Shown in pieces: positions 1 through 5,564 of a stretch of 28,880 nucleotides of DNA (positions within the stretch are counted from its first letter, which is position 1; each line of letters opens with the position of its first letter). The position numbers were made by a program, and so were the translations under genes. The DNA comes from Oscillospiraceae bacterium. Its GTDB lineage: Bacteria; Bacillota; Clostridia; Oscillospirales; Ruminococcaceae. The notes under the pieces are model-generated. The model was not told the origin of the DNA. It saw only the letters and a program-made list of their open reading frames with translations, and did not search any database. Location: contig JAZQLL010000099.1 in the NCBI GenBank assembly GCA_045542675.1, forward strand, positions 1-28,880, written 5' to 3'.

Positions 1-372
1 CAGTGGTACGATGCGCAGAAAGACTACATAAATTCACTTGAACTTGACGAGTTTTACGACAAGGCGATGTATGTAGAAAACGTCCGTCTTGACAAGGTTA
101 TTTTACATAGTCACAAGGAAATCTTCAGAAAAGAGACAAAAATTTCACTTTTTGGCGATAAAATTGTCTTTGACGACGATCTAGTGTTTGATTTTGACAC
201 TACCTCGGCGGTTACCATTCTTGGCAAAAATAAACTCAATATTTACCATGGTGGCGAGGTTTTCCAGGTAAAAGGCGAAAAGCGTTTTAATGCGCTTAAA
301 TATGTACACATTTTCAATCGGCACAAAAACATTCAAAAAGGAGAAAAAGATGAGCAATTTCTGGGACTCTAG
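1..372 (+). CDS. 5'-truncated CDS (C-terminal 123 aa), function uncertain; tentatively the tail of a lysophospholipid acyltransferase-like protein
   Basis: Frame +1 is open from base 1 (QWYDAQKDY...) to the stop at 372 and overlaps the next gene by 23 bp. The function is an unverified recollection of the C-terminal pattern (LGKNKLNIY...RFNALKY). Confidence 0.6.
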   Translation, partial: QWYDAQKDYINSLELDEFYDKAMYVENVRLDKVILHSHKEIFRKETKISLFGDKIVFDDDLVFDFDTTSAVTILGKNKLNIYHGGEVFQVKGEKRFNALKYVHIFNRHKNIQKGEKDEQFLGL

Positions 373-1738
373 TGTTTGGGGCACAGTTAATATTTTTGTG
401 GTACTTCTCTTAAGTTTGCTTGTTGCAAACATACTTAAAAGGTCGGTAAAATTCTTTAAAATATCGCTTATTCCGACATCGGTTCTCGGCGGAATTCTGC
501 TTCTTATCTTTGCAGGAGTTTACGACCTTATAAGCGGCGATATTCTGTTCGAAACGCAGTTTTTCGGCGGCGACGGATATCAGAATCTCGAGACCCTTAC
601 ATATCACGCTCTGGCGCTCGGATTTATTGCGTCGACCTTCAAGGCTTCCAAGGGCAAGCTGACAAAACAAAGGTCGGTTGAAATTTTTAATACGGGTGTC
701 ACAACCGTTTCAACCTATCTTTTACAGGCAGTTATCGGATTTGGAATTACGCTTATTGCCGCACTTATTATAAGCGGATTTTTCCCAGCGGCGGGAGTTC
801 TTCTCCCCTTTGGCTACGGTCAAGGCACCGGACAGGCGCTAAACTACGGCAACATTTATGAGACACAGTTTGGGTTTGACGGTGGTAAAAGTTTCGGACT
901 TACCATTGCAGCGCTTGGTTTCTTAAGCGCTAGTATCGGCGGTGTTATTCATCTAAACATCCTCAAGAAAAAGCGTAGTGTAAAGCTCGGTGAGGACGAA
1001 TATGTGAGCGTTTTTGAGCATCAGATTCAGAAGAGAAACGAAATCCCTATGCAGGGTAGTATTGATAAACTTACAATACAGTTTGCTCTCGTTTTCTTTG
1101 GATACTTTTTAACCTATCTTTTGATGATGCTGCTCGGAAGCCTTATTCCCTCAATGAAGGCGGTAATCTACGGATTCAATTTCCTTTTGGGAGTTCTGAG
1201 CGCTACTCTTATCAAGTTTGTTATCAACTTGCTTAGAAAAAAGAGGATTATGAAGAGAAGTCACGTGAATGACTTTTTGATGACCCGAGTAAGCAACTTC
1301 TTCTTTGATATTATGGTTGTTGCGGGAATCGCGGCTATAAGACTCGGTATACTTGAAAAATACTGGGGAATCACCCTCATTCTCGGCGTTTCGGGTCTGG
1401 TTATCACATATTTTTACAACAAATTTGTTGCCCACAAACTTTTCCCCGAATATGCAGATGAACAGTTCCTCATGATGTACGGAATGCTTACAGGTACCGC
1501 AAGTACCGGCACCATTCTCCTGCGAGAAATCGACGGCGAGTTTGAAACACCTGCGGCGGATAATATGGTTTACCAAAACTTCCCTGCTATCGTGTTCGGT
1601 TTCCCCTTAATGCTGCTTGCAACCTTAGCCCCCGTAAAGCCCATTCTGACACTTATAATCCTGTTTGTCTTCTTTGTTGTTATGAACATTATCCTGTTTA
1701 GAAGCTTTATCTTTAAAAGGAAAAATAAAGATAAATAA
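350..1738 (+). CDS. Sodium:glutamate symporter (GltS-like) family membrane transporter
   Basis: ATG at 350 with AAGGAG RBS at 338-343; many hydrophobic helices; re-entrant Gly-rich motifs FGYGQGTGQA and YGMLTGTASTG. Confidence 0.75.
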   Translation: MSNFWDSSVWGTVNIFVVLLLSLLVANILKRSVKFFKISLIPTSVLGGILLLIFAGVYDLISGDILFETQFFGGDGYQNLETLTYHALALGFIASTFKASKGKLTKQRSVEIFNTGVTTVSTYLLQAVIGFGITLIAALIISGFFPAAGVLLPFGYGQGTGQALNYGNIYETQFGFDGGKSFGLTIAALGFLSASIGGVIHLNILKKKRSVKLGEDEYVSVFEHQIQKRNEIPMQGSIDKLTIQFALVFFGYFLTYLLMMLLGSLIPSMKAVIYGFNFLLGVLSATLIKFVINLLRKKRIMKRSHVNDFLMTRVSNFFFDIMVVAGIAAIRLGILEKYWGITLILGVSGLVITYFYNKFVAHKLFPEYADEQFLMMYGMLTGTASTGTILLREIDGEFETPAADNMVYQNFPAIVFGFPLMLLATLAPVKPILTLIILFVFFVVMNIILFRSFIFKRKNKDK

Positions 1739-1747
1739 CCTAAAATT

Positions 1748-1780
1748 TAATGCCCCGATTTATTGACAATCGGGGCATTA
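1748..1780. terminator. 13-bp inverted repeat after the symporter (terminator-like hairpin, poor U-tract)
   Basis: TAATGCCCCGATT (1748-1760), loop TATTGAC, AATCGGGGCATTA (1768-1780). Confidence 0.55.
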
Positions 1781-1792
1781 TAGTGTTATAAT
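1763..1792 (+). promoter_or_regulatory. Sigma-A promoter of tRNA-Leu
   Basis: TTGACA (1763-68), 18 bp spacer, extended -10 TGtTATAAT (TATAAT 1787-92), 11 bp before the tRNA. Confidence 0.75.
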
Positions 1793-1803
1793 AATAAACC
1801 GAC

Positions 1804-1886
1804 GCGGGTATGGCGGAATTGGCAGACGCACTAGACTTAGGATCTAGCGGGAAACCATGCAGGTTCGACCCCTGTTACCCGCACCA
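1804..1886 (+). tRNA. tRNA-Leu (anticodon TAG)
   Basis: Acceptor stem GCGGGTA/TACCCGC, D-arm TGGCGGAATTGGCAGACGC, anticodon arm CTAGA-CTTAGGA-TCTAG, variable arm, T-arm GCAGG-TTCGACC-CCTGT, encoded ACCA. Confidence 0.97.
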
Positions 1887-1890
1887 ATAA

Positions 1891-1924
1891 AAAGGGAGCT
1901 TCTCAAAAGAGAGGCTCCTTTTTG
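1891..1924 (+). terminator. Rho-independent terminator of tRNA-Leu
   Basis: GGAGCTTCTC-AAAA-GAGAGGCTCC followed by TTTTTG. Confidence 0.85.
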
Positions 1925-1943
1925 TTAGATTTATATGTAAGAC

Positions 1944-2079
1944 GGGTCGAACCTGAGAAGGTCCGCGCGTAAAAACAGTCCGGCGGACTGTTTTTAGCAA
2001 GGAGCGTGAGGGCCTGGGCCCGAGCGAGTAGTGTGCAAGGCGAAGCCGCCGCACACGCCGACCCCTGTGAAGCGCACCA
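1944..2079. repeat. Non-coding palindrome-rich element with tRNA-derived ends
   Basis: 1944-1955 is the exact reverse complement of tRNA 1860-1871; 2059-2079 matches tRNA 1866-1886 at 17/21 positions; internal hairpins at 1971-1995 and 2031-2056. Confidence 0.65.
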
Positions 2080-2083
2080 AAAT

Positions 2084-2120
2084 AAAAAGTCTTCTTCCAA
2101 AATAGAAGGAGACTTTTTTT
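2084..2120. terminator. Bidirectional terminator (element side and araC)
   Basis: AAAAAGTCTTCTTC-CAAAATA-GAAGGAGACTTTTTTT; A-run and T-run flanks. Confidence 0.8.
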
Positions 2121-2121
2121 A

Positions 2122-2985
2122 TTATTTTATGTTGTGTTTTTTATAGTCCGAGGGCGAAACTCCCATTTGGGATTTAAATTTCCTTATAAAGTAGCTTAAA
2201 CTCTCAAACCCACATTCAAGTGCCGCATTGGTAACGCTCATATTGCCCATCTTTAAAAGTTCGCAGGCACGCTCAATACGGGCACGGTTCACATGCTCGA
2301 TGGGGGTTGTTCCTGTTTGCTTTTTGAAAAAGGTGCAAAAATACTTTTCACTCATATGCGCCGTTTTTGAAAGTTGTGACAAAGTTATGCGCTCGGAAAG
2401 GTGCGAATTTACATATTTCATAACCTTTTTAATCACGTTATCACCAGAACCCTTGAGCTCATCGACATCGTGCAGGGTAAGTTTATTATTTTTAGCAAGT
2501 GAGAGGAAAATCTCACAAAAAGCCGTAATCTGCTCAGCTTTTGAAAACTCATTCTCCCTACATTCAACTATTCTGGAAAGTTCGGAAAAAATCTTACTAT
2601 GGCAGGGATCATCACGATTTATCCTGGTCGGAAAAAGAAGTTTACCGCTCTTTATCGGCTCGAGAATATCCCTTTGGAACGGATTTGGGGCGGCAAAATC
2701 CACAAACGACGGGTCAAAAACGAGGGAGCAAAATTCTGTGTACCCCTCGTTATTATTCATCGAGTGCAGACCCTCGGAGTTAACGAAAAATATATCTCCC
2801 GCGCCCACTTTATAAACCTTGCCATCAATGGTTAAGTCAAACTGTCCCTCTTTGACAAAAACTATTTCACACTCGCTATGAAAATGATAGCCGACCGAAA
2901 CCTTATCGACTGTGTGATAATAAATAGTCATGGGGAATTCTGCCGTGCCGCGCATTATATTTTCTCTAAACGCCTTCAAATCCAT
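2122..2985 (-). CDS. AraC family transcriptional regulator with N-terminal cupin domain
   Basis: Cupin motif YHFHSECEIVFVKEG and C-terminal double HTH (LSQLSKTAHMSEKYFCTFFK...CGFESLSYFIRKFK...GVSPSDY). Confidence 0.93.
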   Translation of the reverse strand: MDLKAFRENIMRGTAEFPMTIYYHTVDKVSVGYHFHSECEIVFVKEGQFDLTIDGKVYKVGAGDIFFVNSEGLHSMNNNEGYTEFCSLVFDPSFVDFAAPNPFQRDILEPIKSGKLLFPTRINRDDPCHSKIFSELSRIVECRENEFSKAEQITAFCEIFLSLAKNNKLTLHDVDELKGSGDNVIKKVMKYVNSHLSERITLSQLSKTAHMSEKYFCTFFKKQTGTTPIEHVNRARIERACELLKMGNMSVTNAALECGFESLSYFIRKFKSQMGVSPSDYKKHNIK

Positions 2986-3069
2986 CGCCCTTTCTTACTA
3001 TTGTTCCATTTTTTAGCGAAAATTGTGTTAGAAATCGCGTAAAAAAGAGAATATAATTCAATTAAGGAC

Positions 3070-3098
3070 ATTCTATCAAACATTTCATAACTTGTCAA
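3070..3098 (-). promoter_or_regulatory. Sigma-A promoter of araC
   Basis: Minus strand TTGACA (3098-3093), 17 bp spacer, TAGAAT (3075-3070). Confidence 0.65.
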
Positions 3099-3113
3099 TA
3101 CAGGAGTGATTTT

Positions 3114-5525
3114 ATGAAAAAACTTCCCGAACATCTTATTCCCAATTACGATGCCGCACCCAGCACTGCTAGTTATGTTCAGGGTGAGCACTACCGATTC
3201 ACAGTCCTAACCAGTCGCCTTTTAGGGCTCGGGTACAGTGAGGATGGCGTTTTTGAGGACAGGGCTACGCAGTCGGTTATATGCCGAAAACTCGATGTCA
3301 CAAAGTACACATCTGCCGAACAAAACGGCGTTTTAAGGCTCGAAACCGACGAGTTGCTCCTAATATACAAAATAGGCAGAGATTTCAAGAGTGGACTTAC
3401 CGTAACGCTTAAGCACCACAATTCCTGGAAAGAGCCCATCTGGGCTTACGGAGACGAGTGTGAAAATCTCGGCGGCACCGCACGCACACTTGACAGAGCC
3501 GATGGCGAAATTCCTCTTTCGCAAGGCGTTTGCGCAAAGTGTGGCTACGCCGCACTTGATGACTCGAGTTCGGGAATTATTTTAGACAGCGGAATGATAG
3601 AGCCGAGAAAAAAAGGCATAATTGATGTTTACTTTTTCGGCTACGGATTCGACTATATCTCGGCAGTGCGCGATTTAATGCGCCTTACGGGCGCTCCCCC
3701 GCTGCTTCCCGCGTTTGCGCTCGGAAACTGGTGGAGCCGCTACCACAAGTACACCCAGGACGAGTACATTAAGCTTATAGAACGTTATGAGAAAGAGGAT
3801 ATTCCCTTCTCGGTTGCCATTATAGATATGGACTGGCATCTCGTTGACATACCTAAAGAATACGGCAACGGATGGACGGGCTACACCTGGAACCGCGAAC
3901 TTTTCCCCGATTACAAGGCGTTCTTAAAGTTCCTTAAAAAGAAAGGGTACGCCGCGGGTCTTGCTGACCACCCTGCTCTCGGAGTTCGCGCTTTTGAGGA
4001 TTTCTATGAGGATATGGCAAAGGCTATGGGGGTTGACCCCGAAAGCCGCGAGGCTATCCCCTTTGACCTTAACAACGAGGATTTTATAAAGCCTTATTTT
4101 GAAATTTTGCACAACCGCTATGAAAGTGACGGTATTGATTTTTGGTGGATTGACTGGCAACAGGGCACGAGAAGTTCTTTAGAGGGACTTGACCCGCTCT
4201 GGCTCTTAAACCACTTCCACTCGCTTGACATCACGCGAAAGGGAAAGCGACCCTTCATTTACTCGCGCTTTGCAGGTCCAGGAAGTCAGAGATTTCCCAT
4301 CGGTTTCTCGGGCGATGCCTGGGTAACCTGGGATTCACTTAACTTCCAACCCAAGTTTACCGCAACTGCATCAAACATTGCTTATCCTTGGTGGAGCCAT
4401 GACATAGGCGGACACTGTTGCGGTTACCGTGACGACGAGTTAATGATGCGCTGGACTCAGCTCGGAACGTTCTCGCCGATAAATAAACTTCACAGCAGTT
4501 GGTTTGTATTCAACCGCCGCGAGCCCTGGTGCTTTAACACCGAGACTGAAGCGAGTATGAAGCAATTCCTGCGCCTTCGTCACGCGCTTTTCCCCTATCT
4601 CTACACAATGAACTGGCGTACACACAAAGAGCTTATTCCTTTAGTTTGCCCCATTTATTACTACTGTGACCCCGAGAAAGAGGCCACATTTAAGTACCAG
4701 AATTCCTTCTTCTTTGGAAGCGAGATGGTTATCTTCCCCATCACTGCTCCTTCCGACGATGTAACAAAACTTGGATGCGCCAAGGGTTATCTGCCCGAAG
4801 GAAACTGGGTTGACTTTTTCAGAGGCACTCGCTACAAGGGTGATCGAGAACTTTGCTTCTACCGAAACGGATTTGAGTACCCCGTTTTATGTAAGGCGGG
4901 CGCAATCGTTCCTATGAACACACTTCGCGAGCACGACAACTCCCTCGGCTCGTTTGAGAATATGGAAATAAGGGTATTCCCCGGCGCAGATGGGAAATTC
5001 GTTCTCTACGAGGATTTGGGCGAAGGAAACGGCTACAGGGACGGCGAGTTTGCGACTACCGAATATGCGCTTGAGTGGAGCAGCAATAAGGCGGAATTTA
5101 AAATTAATGCCGCCGAGGGCGACCTTTCGCTTATTCCCCAAAAGAGAAACTACACCCTCTGCTTCAGAGGTTTCTGCGAGGAAATTGAGGTTTCCTGCGA
5201 GCAAAACGGAAAACAAATTCCCTTTAACACCCGCTATGACGATGCCACCTGCTCTTTATATGTAACTGTCGATTCGGTTTCAACCGATGGTTATATTACT
5301 GTTACCCTCGAAAGCAAAATCAACAACTTTGCACCGAGTGACAAGAGCCTTTATGACAGAATGTACGATGTAATCCTAGGAGCACAGATGGATTATAACA
5401 CCAAGCAGCGCGTCTGGGAGCATCTTACAAGAGATGACCTAAACTCTGTTGAAAAACTCCAAAACGCGATTCTTGAGGGACTTTCTCCCGCTCTTATCGG
5501 CGCTATTGCTGAACTTTTAGGTTAA
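3114..5525 (+). CDS. Glycoside hydrolase family 31 (alpha-glucosidase/xylosidase-like, WIDWQQG-type subfamily)
   Basis: GNWWSRY, IIDMDWH, GWTGYTWN, nucleophile motif FWWIDWQQG (Asp codon 4152), acid/base FSGD (4314), WWSHDIGGH; no signal peptide; AGGAG RBS. Confidence 0.9.
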   Translation: MKKLPEHLIPNYDAAPSTASYVQGEHYRFTVLTSRLLGLGYSEDGVFEDRATQSVICRKLDVTKYTSAEQNGVLRLETDELLLIYKIGRDFKSGLTVTLKHHNSWKEPIWAYGDECENLGGTARTLDRADGEIPLSQGVCAKCGYAALDDSSSGIILDSGMIEPRKKGIIDVYFFGYGFDYISAVRDLMRLTGAPPLLPAFALGNWWSRYHKYTQDEYIKLIERYEKEDIPFSVAIIDMDWHLVDIPKEYGNGWTGYTWNRELFPDYKAFLKFLKKKGYAAGLADHPALGVRAFEDFYEDMAKAMGVDPESREAIPFDLNNEDFIKPYFEILHNRYESDGIDFWWIDWQQGTRSSLEGLDPLWLLNHFHSLDITRKGKRPFIYSRFAGPGSQRFPIGFSGDAWVTWDSLNFQPKFTATASNIAYPWWSHDIGGHCCGYRDDELMMRWTQLGTFSPINKLHSSWFVFNRREPWCFNTETEASMKQFLRLRHALFPYLYTMNWRTHKELIPLVCPIYYYCDPEKEATFKYQNSFFFGSEMVIFPITAPSDDVTKLGCAKGYLPEGNWVDFFRGTRYKGDRELCFYRNGFEYPVLCKAGAIVPMNTLREHDNSLGSFENMEIRVFPGADGKFVLYEDLGEGNGYRDGEFATTEYALEWSSNKAEFKINAAEGDLSLIPQKRNYTLCFRGFCEEIEVSCEQNGKQIPFNTRYDDATCSLYVTVDSVSTDGYITVTLESKINNFAPSDKSLYDRMYDVILGAQMDYNTKQRVWEHLTRDDLNSVEKLQNAILEGLSPALIGAIAELLG

Positions 5526-5527
5526 GT

Positions 5528-5560
5528 AAAAAGACCATAGGCACTGCCTATGGTCTTTTT
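5528..5560. terminator. Bidirectional terminator between convergent GH31 and cinA-sortase genes
   Basis: AAAAAGACCATAGGC-ACT-GCCTATGGTCTTTTT perfect 15-bp inverted repeat. Confidence 0.88.
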
Positions 5561-5564
5561 TGAT

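Noticed and set aside
2059-2079. Second tRNA gene ending in CCA at 2079
   Set aside because: No matching 5' acceptor strand, D-arm or anticodon arm at the right distance; only the 3' fragment is present.
1903-2100. 65-aa minus-strand ORF across the tRNA-associated element
   Set aside because: No RBS or recognisable motif; the region is better explained by its palindromes and tRNA-derived ends.
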